NCBI GenBank assembly: GCA_035297365.1
Contig: DATGZA010000061.1
Location: forward strand, 1-15,032
From: Nitrososphaeraceae archaeon
GTDB taxonomy: Archaea; Thermoproteota; Nitrososphaeria; Nitrososphaerales; Nitrososphaeraceae
Direction of reading: 5' to 3'
DNA: 15,032 nt
In this document: piece by piece, positions 1-7,846 of the stretch
Numbering within the stretch: the stretch's first letter is position 1
Layout: each line of letters opens with the position of its first letter
Translations under genes and position numbers: made by a program
The notes under the pieces: generated by a model
Database searches by the model: none
Seen by the model: the letters and a program-made list of their open reading frames with translations, nothing else
Told to the model about the DNA's origin: nothing

Positions 1-467
1 TGTCTGCAGTAAAAGAGAACGCTATAATATCTATAGAAAATGCTCTTGTAACACACAAAAACATAATACCACAAGATCTGGTCATCAGAACAGACAACGT
101 ATCAGTATACAAACAGAGGATTTAGAAAATCAATATAGGTACTGGGATTGAAATTAGAACATATCTACCACATTACACAGAAGAAAACTGACACATCGAA
201 TCATTCCATACAACACTAAAGATGGAGTACACCTGATCGAATAGTTTTCAGAACTACCAGCAAGCGGAACTAGCAATCAAAGATGCATTTTTAGACTACA
301 ATCAGAACAGAATACACTCCACACTACAATATCTGACACCATGAATTCATTTCAAATTGGAAGATGCCACCACATATTGAGGAGGAGAAGATGATAAATA
401 TTGGTAATGAAAAATAGTATCCATAAAATAGTGGGAAAAGTTTTCCCAAAAAATAGGGTCAGGTCCA
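1..467 (+). mobile_element. IS3-family insertion sequence remnant (3' part of the DDE/integrase-core transposase pseudogene plus probable right end)
   Basis: Manual translation across two frameshifts (~100, ~179) and stops (TAG 136, TGA 189, TGA 234, TGA 342) gives LVIRTDN..QYTNRGFRKS*VLGLKLEHIYHIT.EEN*HIESFHTTLKMEYT*SNSFQNYQQAELAIKDAFLDYNQNRIHSTLQYLTP. This matches the IS3 motifs (S/T)DNGSQY, P..NG.IESF..TLK.E and YN..R.HS.L.Y.TP. The putative right end AAAATAGGGTCAGGTCCA finishes in CA at 467, as IS3 ends do. Truncated by the window start. Confidence 0.9.
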
Positions 468-678
468 GATTTGATTAATTTTATCGAAAGAAAATGCGGC
501 AGACTATACCCAACAGGTTTCACAACAAGTTTTCAAATCGAAAAACAAGACAACCAAAAATAAAAAAAATGTTTAATATATTTTTTCAAATGTCTAATCT
601 ATTTTGGAATTAAATTTAATATTGAATTTCCTCCTAATATATGAAAATTTTAATAAACACGACTTATTTACAATTTTA

Positions 679-1572
679 TTGAAAAAATGTATTGCCTTCC
701 ATTCCTACAAGGGTGGTACAGGTAAGTCTACTATGAGTTCAAATATCGCAGCTCTGCTAAGCCGTAGAGGACTGAACGTTTTGCTTTTGGATATGGATGT
801 TTATGCACCAAGCCTGCAAACTTATTTTAACACATCTCCAGATAAATGGATCAATGACTTTCTTTTTGAAGTAGCTGATTTTGATGAGGTTGTATATGAC
901 CTTACCAACAAAGTAGAAAAATTCTCTGAGGAATCCAATCATAATGAAAATTTAAAAATGGGTAAACTTTTTGTTTCCTTTTCTAATTCTTCAAAGAACG
1001 AGATCGCAAAACTTGATGGTGCGATACGTAGCGACTCATCAAAAATAGAATTATTGAGAAAATTTATTCATATTAAAGAAGAAATGGCATCAAAAAAGAA
1101 TATTGACTATATCATAATTGATACAAGCCCAGGAATAAGATATTGGTCAATAAATTCTTTGGCTATTGCAGATATGATTTTACTCTCTTTAAAGATGGAT
1201 GGTATAGATATAGCGGGAACTAGAAGAATGGCTAGTGAAATTTATTCGTCATTTATGAAATTAGGAGTTAAATCATATCTTCTTTTGAATAGAGTTGCAG
1301 GCTATTGTCTTCCTCCAAATCTTCAAGATTATTCGTATACGCCAGAGACCAATTATGCTGTAGTTCTAAATGAACAATCTGAAACCATCGAGAAATTGAA
1401 AAAAGATCTTGCTATGGACGTAATGAGCAGCGTCCCGTGTTATTGTGATATTCAATTTGATAGTAGCGAATTTATGACTGTATTGAAACATCCAAAACAC
1501 CCTTTCACGGCCAAGATGAACGAATTGATAGATAAAATAGAAAATCTTGAAATGACAGGGGATAACAATTAA
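679..1572 (+). CDS. MinD/ParA-family (SIMIBI) P-loop ATPase
   Basis: Deviant Walker A KGGTGKS, LLLDMD (switch I), DYIIIDTSPG (Walker B) and LLLNRV. The likely start is TTG 679 (MKKCIAFHSYKGG), which puts the P-loop at the N-terminus as in the family. 297 aa. Confidence 0.92.
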   Translation: MKKCIAFHSYKGGTGKSTMSSNIAALLSRRGLNVLLLDMDVYAPSLQTYFNTSPDKWINDFLFEVADFDEVVYDLTNKVEKFSEESNHNENLKMGKLFVSFSNSSKNEIAKLDGAIRSDSSKIELLRKFIHIKEEMASKKNIDYIIIDTSPGIRYWSINSLAIADMILLSLKMDGIDIAGTRRMASEIYSSFMKLGVKSYLLLNRVAGYCLPPNLQDYSYTPETNYAVVLNEQSETIEKLKKDLAMDVMSSVPCYCDIQFDSSEFMTVLKHPKHPFTAKMNELIDKIENLEMTGDNN

Positions 1573-1616
1573 ATCCAATTTATAATTTTTACAATTAAAT
1601 CCAATTTATAATTTTT
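1565..1616. repeat. Perfect 26-bp tandem duplication overlapping the ATPase stop codon
   Basis: ACAATTAAATCCAATTTATAATTTTT at 1565-1590 and 1591-1616. Each copy ends in a T-run that could act as an archaeal oligo-T terminator. Confidence 0.9.
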
Positions 1617-2328
1617 TTAAAAAATTATTTATTCGGAAAAAAATAAATAAAACAATTACTGTCAACAGTAAATAAATCTAAACCTTATAGAATTAGGAAT
1701 CCTAGGCCATATTTTTTTAGTTGTTTTAAATTCAAATCCTTCTTTTATTATGGTCTTTTTCTTTTTTTGTTACCGTTAAACCTATACGGTGTAAATCAAG
1801 CTTTATGCTATTGTTGGTACTCTATATTTTATTTTTGAGTTAAAACCAGTAAAATGAGTTTGACAAGTTGTAAAATAACAATATCTTGTGTGTCTCTCAC
1901 ATATCAGATCTTATTGGTCTATATGACTTTAATTCTTAAAAAATATAATTTAACAAAAAGTTGAAAAATATAATAGTTTTTTGAAATATATGCATTCTTG
2001 CAATGAATTTATTTGAGTTATTATGATGTAAAACTTGGAAAAAATTCTAGCATCAATGAAAAAAAGCTTAATATTAAACCTGAAAATATCAAAATGTTTC
2101 AATCAAATATTATGAACCAAAATCCGAAAAATAGGTTTTCCACATATCCAGTCATTAATTTGAATGTAGAACTACATGAAATTGAATATTCAATGGACTC
2201 AATAAAATAACGTAAAATTGATTTAAAAGATACTTTTTAGAAAAGATTTCTGAAACAGGGACGTTATCAGGATCAACAACAGGCGAAGAACGACAACTGT
2301 TGACGTCTAACAGGAAGAGGAACAAGAA

Positions 2329-2358
2329 TACTATGAATCACCTTACTATGAATCACTT
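2329..2358. repeat. 15-bp near-perfect tandem duplication
   Basis: TACTATGAATCACCT followed by TACTATGAATCACTT (13-bp identical core), within a purine-rich, possibly decayed coding patch. Confidence 0.75.
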
Positions 2359-2582
2359 CATGATGATCTAGAAATATATCAGATTATGACGAAAGGAAAT
2401 ATTGAAATATTTCTGAAGAAATAATGTGGAAAGAAGTCAAACACTTAATTTGGACATATTTGGTGGTGAAAAAATATTTAAATTAAAATTAATTTATTTA
2501 TAAGAAATAATGAACTCATAAAGAGCGTACTTATTTCTTAAATCCCTGTATCATAAGAATCGAATGTTCTGTTTCCCTAGTA

Positions 2583-3383
2583 TTAAGATAATAAATCTTT
2601 AATCTTCTCCCTATCCAGATTTGTAAAGCAAAGACTACAACCATATCTCTCCATCAAAAGACCACCTTCTATATTTACATCTCTTGCTTTATTAATCAAG
2701 GTTTTACTTATCTTGAGTGCAAAAGAATTATTCCTTGTTATTAATCCACATAAAGAAATGCATCTAGAGATAAATGATTCTTGTTTTAATTTTTTTTTAT
2801 AATTAATTTTATTATTATTTGATTGATTCATTTCAAATTTAATTATTTCATTTACTAAGCCAATATCCTTTGCTTCCTGTACTGAGATTATTCTGCCAGT
2901 ATAAATTAATTCTTTAGCTTTTGAGACTCCAACAATTCTAGCCAATCTCTGAGTTCCACCCCAACCTGGAGGAATTCCGATTGTTACCTCTGTTTGTCCA
3001 ATTTTGGCGTTATTCGAAGCTAATCTTAGATCACACGCTAAGGCTAATTGACATCCTCCTCCCAGAGCATACCCGTTTATAGCTGCTATCACCGGGATGT
3101 CAAAATTTTCAATTTTGTTTAATAGTTTATGTACATGAATTGCATATAATTCAGCTTCATTAGGAGTTAAATTAGACACATAATTCAGATCTCCCCCTAC
3201 ACAAAATGATTTATCTCCTTCACCAGTGATAATAATTGCTTTTATTTCTTCATCTGCTGAAATAGAATCTAGAGTTTCAGATATTTCAGAAACTACCTCA
3301 AAATTCAAGGCATTTAAAACCTCAGGTCGATTGATTTTAATAATTAGTGTATTTAATTGCATTTCTGTAAGCAAAAATTTCAA
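2583..3383 (-). CDS. Enoyl-CoA hydratase/isomerase (crotonase) family protein; resembles thaumarchaeal crotonyl-CoA hydratase/3-hydroxypropionyl-CoA dehydratase
   Basis: Motifs INRPEVLNAL, FCVGGDL (oxyanion hole), PVIAAINGYALGGGCQLALACDLR, GQTEVTIGIPPGWGGTQRL and AKELIYTG. TTG start, 266 aa. Confidence 0.93.
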   Translation of the reverse strand: MKFLLTEMQLNTLIIKINRPEVLNALNFEVVSEISETLDSISADEEIKAIIITGEGDKSFCVGGDLNYVSNLTPNEAELYAIHVHKLLNKIENFDIPVIAAINGYALGGGCQLALACDLRLASNNAKIGQTEVTIGIPPGWGGTQRLARIVGVSKAKELIYTGRIISVQEAKDIGLVNEIIKFEMNQSNNNKINYKKKLKQESFISRCISLCGLITRNNSFALKISKTLINKARDVNIEGGLLMERYGCSLCFTNLDREKIKDLLS

Positions 3384-4288
3384 TCTAATAAAATTAAGTC
3401 AGGGTGGAAATAAATACTTATAATAAGTTAAGATTTGAAATTTCAAGAGTATATGAATATATATATAGTAACTAACTAAATTTCATATATTCTATAAATA
3501 TCGAAAATGTCATTTTTAATTCTAATAAACATTTTTTTGAAAAGAATATGTAAATGAATTTTTGTTAGTAAGAATCGTTTCATCATATCTTAAATTATAA
3601 TTTATATTCAAATTTTATCCTAAACTTAATAATATTTCATTACTAATTAAAAATATATTCTATTTTAGGTATATAAAAACAAATGCTATCACTTCTTAGA
3701 TTTTAATCTAAAATTTTATTCTAAGAATGTTCTTAAAAATATATTCGAAAAGAAAAATAGTCTAAAGAGCTATATTTTTATGTGCAGACAAAGACAACAG
3801 ATAAATTAAGACGATTTAACTATGCTTTGTTTAAAAATAAGATAATTCCTTTTGGTTTTTCCTTGATCTCGTTAGGATTTGCTCTTTACTTATTTATTGG
3901 AATGATTTTTGATCATCTGATATAACTTTCCGAATTTGACGATTATAATTTGTATAAAAGTATAAATTAAATCAGGGGATATTTTGACAATGAAAATTTT
4001 AATCATACATTAATTAAATTGTAAATCTTCACGTTCTCTTTTCTCGATTTTATATTTTGAATTCCTGCCTATAAAGTTGGAAATTGTTTTGAAACTTTAT
4101 AGGAATATTTAAAAAAGTAGTTGTGCTATTACTTATGCTAATACATATCTTCGAATTTCATATTAGATCTAATTTATACAAAATTATTTTCTGTTATTAA
4201 TTCAGAAAAAAATGCCTTAAATTTTTCAGATTTTAAGTACGTGTTGATGTTTCGAAATATTATTAATCCTTTTAGTTATATAATATCG

Positions 4289-4613
4289 ATGAAAAATTTT
4301 TTTTTAAAATATATGGGTATAATATTGATAATTTCATCAATATCGTTGGCTGGCATTATTAATTTATTCGAATTAGCTTCTGGGAACATATATCAAGGAA
4401 CATACAGTTCAAATCAATTTAATGGAACTGTAAATAAGGATCTCATCCAGGCAACGGCTGGCAATAATGTTATTACTAGTGGTAAAGGTGTAGACATTTT
4501 GGTTTGGTAAAGGATATGATACTGTTGCAGCTGTGAACCCGGTTGAGGATCAGATTTCAGAATGTGAGAACTTAATTTTCTCTTTAGATACAATAATTTC
4601 TTGTTTTGTCTAA
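4289..4613 (+). pseudogene. Frameshifted secreted RTX-like (hemolysin-type Ca-binding) protein
   Basis: ATG 4289 gives a signal-peptide-like MKNFFLKYMGIILIISSISLAGII and degenerate nonamers (GTVNKDLIQ, ATAGNNVIT, SGKGVDILV), ending at TAA 4508-4510. Another frame from 4506 continues GKGYDTVAAVNPVEDQISECEN to TAA 4613, matching the paralog C-terminus C..D..DF....D....CE. Confidence 0.75.
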
Positions 4614-4819
4614 TGCTTTTGAGGAGTTTCTCAAGTTATAGATATATTTAACAGTAAATAAAAACAACGATTTATTCATTAATTTAAATTAGATTAAATA
4701 AGATGAGTCATTATGTTCTAAAATTAAAGTACACAATATAATTATTATTTTTAATTATACATTGTACGACGTAAACAATACTTTATTTTTAAGAAAAAAT
4801 ATTAGTCATCTCCGCCATC

Positions 4820-5311
4820 CTAATCGTTGTCATTGTCTTTCTTCTTCTTGTCATCGTTGTCATTGTCTTTGTTTATTGTCTTACACGGGCCTTGCTTTTT
4901 GTCGTCTGAATCAAAATCTATGGGCTGATCGTCTTTATCACAGATGAAAAGATCATATCCTGCTCCACCTCTGAGTCTATCTTTACCTGGTCCACCATCG
5001 ATTATGTCATCTCCCTCTCCACCATTAATATCATCATCGCCATTATTTCCTAGAAGTTTGTCATCTCCATTTTCTCCGGATATGCCATCATTGCCTGCTC
5101 CACCTTTGAGATTATCATTAACAGAGGTTCCTTCAATGAAAACATCTATTTTTGGAGTGGATATATATGAATTATTAACATCCTCTACCTGATTTTCGAT
5201 CAGTGTCGGTGGATTTGTTTGCGCATTGCCAAAATTTAAGGAAAATATCATAGAAATTAATACACCTAATACGAAAATAAACAAAATTTTATTCAAATCT
5301 AGTAATTTCAC
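4820..5311 (-). CDS. Secreted RTX-like calcium-binding beta-roll protein
   Basis: N-terminal hydrophobic signal peptide (...LNFGNA/Q). Six GGxGxDx(L/I)x-type nonamers (GGAGNDGIS...GGAGYDLFI). C-terminal Cys pair (FICD...QGPC) and a D/K/N-rich tail. GTG start. Confidence 0.88.
   Translation of the reverse strand: MKLLDLNKILFIFVLGVLISMIFSLNFGNAQTNPPTLIENQVEDVNNSYISTPKIDVFIEGTSVNDNLKGGAGNDGISGENGDDKLLGNNGDDDINGGEGDDIIDGGPGKDRLRGGAGYDLFICDKDDQPIDFDSDDKKQGPCKTINKDNDNDDKKKKDNDND
4823..4870. repeat. 18-bp direct repeat in the low-complexity C-terminal tail (KDNDND x2)
   Basis: ATCGTTGTCATTGTCTTT at 4823-4840 and 4853-4870. Confidence 0.8.
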
Positions 5312-5485
5312 TTAATATTCTTCTAATTTATATTTTAAGTATATCTTGATTGTGAAAATGGTGTAATTAATAACACTTTAATGATGATATTTTGATCTTT
5401 TTATCTCTTAAATCTATTAAATATTATGTGCCTATTTTAGTTACTTTAATTACTTTCAAATAAAAGATATTTCCACATCATAATC

Positions 5486-6085
5486 TCAATATAAGCGGTC
5501 ATAAGGATTTCCGTGATAAGGATTGAACTGATCACCATCGAAACCATCATTGAAACCATCATTGAAACCATCATTGAAATCCTCTCTTCCATTATTTTCA
5601 AATCCTGAAAATGGAGGTTTTTCCGCTAATGCTCTATCAATAATTTCACAATTACCTTGTTTTTCATCGTTTTCTAAAGAATTAAAATCAATTACTGTAT
5701 CTTGTTCATCACAAATAAAGAGGTCTTCTCCTTTTCCTCCCGTTAGTTCATCAGCCCCTACGCCTCCATCAAGCTGATCATCTCCAGATCCTCCATCAAG
5801 CTGATCATCTCCAGATCCTCCATCAAGCTCATCATTTCCTTCATGTCCGCTTAATATGTCATCACCCTTTTTTCCAGATATTTCATCATCTCCTTCGCCT
5901 CCTCTAATCTTATCATCAGCAGAGGTTCCGTCTATCGAAACATCTACTTTAGGTTTAGGAACTGGAGGTTCGGGAATCTCGTTATTAACTGTAAAATTAG
6001 AATTATTTTGCCCAAAGACATTAGGAAAAGAAACTATACCGACTAAGAGTAAACCATAAATCATCACAAAAGATTTATTATTCAT
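5486..6085 (-). CDS. Secreted RTX-like calcium-binding beta-roll protein (paralog of 4820-5311)
   Basis: Signal peptide (...FPNVFG/Q), Pro-rich linker, seven nonamers (GGEGDDEIS...GGSGDDQLD x2...GGKGEDLFI), FICD...QGNCE Cys pair and an FNDG-repeat tail. Shares PK(I/V)DV.I(E/D)GTS and DLFICD..D..IDF.S with its neighbour. Confidence 0.9.
   Translation of the reverse strand: MNNKSFVMIYGLLLVGIVSFPNVFGQNNSNFTVNNEIPEPPVPKPKVDVSIDGTSADDKIRGGEGDDEISGKKGDDILSGHEGNDELDGGSGDDQLDGGSGDDQLDGGVGADELTGGKGEDLFICDEQDTVIDFNSLENDEKQGNCEIIDRALAEKPPFSGFENNGREDFNDGFNDGFNDGFDGDQFNPYHGNPYDRLY
5540..5579. repeat. 12-bp coding tandem repeat (~3.3 copies; FNDG)
   Basis: GAAACCATCATT x3 plus GAAA. Confidence 0.9.
5763..5829. 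repeat. 27-bp coding tandem repeat (~2.5 copies; one RTX nonamer per unit)
   Basis: CCTCCATCAAGCTGATCATCTCCAGAT x2 plus a 13-bp partial copy, identical at DNA level. Confidence 0.9.
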
Positions 6086-6610
6086 ATCTAAAATTTTTTT
6101 AGATCATTTCAGATTTAAATTTATTTCCAAAGTATTATTGGTGAATCTTATCCTACTTTCTTATTGTATAACTTTCAATAAAAGTTAATAATTAAATAAT
6201 CTGTGTATAGGATAAGGTAGAGATTTTGATTTATATTTTTTCGAATCTTGAAATTTAATCAGATTGTTTTTGGTTCAATAGATTTATTATATATTATATA
6301 ATAAATCATAATGAAATCCAAGTCAATTAATTTTTTTTATTTATTAAATTTTTTCAGGATTGCTTTATAATCAAAGCTCATTTGAAATTTTTACAAGAGC
6401 AAAATATGTAAACTATACAAATTTTTTTTCATAGATATGGTAACTATTTACTAATAATTTATAAAGAGTAAAATCAAAATCATTTTATTATTTTGTAGAA
6501 TGGATTCAGACATATGCAAAAATTTGTTTATAGCTATTATACTTTAAACTTTGTTTTCACTATTATTCATTAAAGATATATACAGATAATAAAATGATCT
6601 TTTTCAAAAC

Positions 6611-6754
6611 TCAAAGGTCATCCATTCCAAAGACCTGAAAACAAATATTGCATTTAAACTTCTCCTTTCCAGGATTATTTGAAGTGATTTCAAGTTGACT
6701 TTTAGCCCTACATTTTGGGCACTTTCCATAAACAGTTTTTCTTGGGATATTCAT
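6611..6754 (-). CDS. 47-aa zinc-ribbon microprotein (CxxC-x19-CxxC), below the ORF-track cutoff
   Basis: ATG 6754 to TGA 6611: MNIPRKTVYGKCPKCRAKSQLEITSNNPGKEKFKCNICFQVFGMDDL. It has CPKC and FKCNIC..F knuckles, is GC-richer than its flanks, and has a TATA-like TTATAAAT 23-30 bp upstream. Confidence 0.8.
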   Translation of the reverse strand: MNIPRKTVYGKCPKCRAKSQLEITSNNPGKEKFKCNICFQVFGMDDL

Positions 6755-6776
6755 GGTTCGCTTCGGCCAAATATAT

Positions 6777-6784
6777 ATTTATAA
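6777..6784 (-). promoter_or_regulatory. Possible archaeal TATA box for the zinc-ribbon gene
   Basis: TTATAAAT (minus strand) 23-30 nt upstream of ATG 6754, a spacing typical of leaderless archaeal transcripts. Weak, because such words are common at this AT content. Confidence 0.3.
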
Positions 6785-6868
6785 TCAATATAAAAAAATT
6801 AATTTCACAAGTAATAATGCAATTACTGATCAGATAGTTAATATCTCTAATTCGTAAAAATTATTACA

Positions 6869-7190
6869 ATGGACCAAAGTTTATTCGGTGCCTTCGTTAT
6901 ACATAGTCCTGGATCCTGTCCTATCAACAATTTGGAAAATAAAAGGATATTTCTTGAAATTAAAGATAAACTGGAAAAAAAGAAGTCGAAGTATGGAGTA
7001 AAAAAGATAGGGTTTCATTTACATGTCAGTACTCGAACATGAATGGATGATTATTTTTGAAGCAGAAAATGCTCATGATATAGAGAGCCTATGTATAGAC
7101 GTAGGCATTGCATCTTTTAATACCGTAAAAATTGTTGCTTTAAAAAAATATGCAGATGTACAGAATAAAATACAGAAACAAAGGCACTAA
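6869..7190 (+). pseudogene. Split ~106-aa hypothetical protein with an N-terminal HxxxxCP motif (DUF3303/GYD-like, inferred)
   Basis: 6869-7042 reads MDQSLFGAFVIHSPGSCPINNLENKRIFLEIKDKLEKKKSKYGVKKIGF. The +1 frame (open 7011-7190) reads YMSVLEHEWMIIFEAENAHDIESLCIDVGIASFNTVKIVALKKY. One net frameshift near 7009-7022 joins them. Family assignment is from recalled motif pattern. Confidence 0.7.
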
Positions 7191-7341
7191 TACTTTTATC
7201 ATAACACGAACTACTTTATTTTTTTTCGATTCGGTTAAAAAAAATTACGAATTAGATCAAATCTTGTTCCCAAGACGAATAAATTACCTAGAGTGCTTTT
7301 TTACGCTAGACTTTTAAATATGACTAAATCGTTTTGATAAA

Positions 7342-7767
7342 TTAACAGAAGGGTTTCCCACATTTCTCATTTTTAAATTCAGAAAAATCACAATTTTCCG
7401 TGTAGATTATTGCTAAATTATTTTCCATTAATACTTTATTGACGTTAATATCGTCACAATATATAAAACCTATTTCTGTTACATATCTGTGGCTTCTACG
7501 TTGACCTTCAACAATATCAATTCGCCTTTTATATTAAGACATAAAAATTAACAAATTCCTTCGATTCGTTATAATTATCTTGTCCATCTTAGGATATATC
7601 GACTAATGCTAACCTTATTATGATATAATCGATGTCAAGTATATCACCATCAAAAACATAATTTAAGTGACCTTCTACTTCTATAGGGTCTTGATCTTCA
7701 AGATTACTGTTCAGATTTGAAGCAAGAATAGCAAAAGAAAAAGACGCTTATTATTATGATTAAACAT
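7342..7767 (-). pseudogene. Thermonuclease (staphylococcal nuclease, SNase-family) pseudogene, probably formerly secreted
   Basis: Reconstruction: hydrophobic N-terminus, then PIEVEGHLNYVFDGDILDIDYIIIRLALVDIS*DGQDNYNESKEFVN/LCLNIKGE/DIVEGQRRSHRYVTEIGFIYCDDINVNKVLMENNLAIIYTENCDFSEF. This matches the SNase motifs V.DGDT, IRL..VD.PE, D.YGR and N..L...GLA. There is a stop at 7589-7591 (catalytic Glu position) and frameshifts at ~7545 and ~7520. Start approximate. Confidence 0.85.
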
Positions 7768-7846
7768 ATTATAAAATATATCTTTGTTATTCAACTGAAT
7801 TAAAAACATTGTAATGATATATTATTGTATATTAAATTAAACATCA

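Noticed and set aside
604-678. N-terminal extension of the ATPase in the ORF track
   Set aside because: AT-rich and promoter-like. The family normally begins a few residues before the P-loop, favouring TTG 679.
1625-1671. Short inverted repeats (TTATTTATT/AATAAATAA; TTACTGT-CA-ACAGTAA) as terminator or operator
   Set aside because: Arms of 7-9 bp in AT-rich DNA, and I did not notice them recurring elsewhere in the window. Insufficient support.
2013-2210. 65-aa ORF
   Set aside because: TTG start, N/K/I-rich composition matching AT background and no motif. Cannot be supported, though not excluded.
4802-4822. TAG readthrough (pyrrolysine-like) adding DGGDD to the RTX-like protein
   Set aside because: Only five further low-complexity codons follow. 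A nonsense change in a dispensable tail is simpler and no pyl genes are visible.
4762-6059. + strand ORFs (4762, 4944, 5550, 5856), mostly Ser/Pro-rich
   Set aside because: Antisense to the Gly/Asp-rich RTX genes; their composition is the expected mirror image.
4820-6085. RTX toxin/hemolysin or type I secretion system
   Set aside because: No pore-forming or enzymatic domain and no ABC/MFP/TolC genes. The proteins carry N-terminal signal peptides instead.
7000-7006. A_AAA_AAG slippery site as a programmed -1 frameshift joining the HxxxxCP halves
   Set aside because: The downstream half is in the +1 frame, which has TAG at 7008-7010. A -1 slip reaches the wrong frame.
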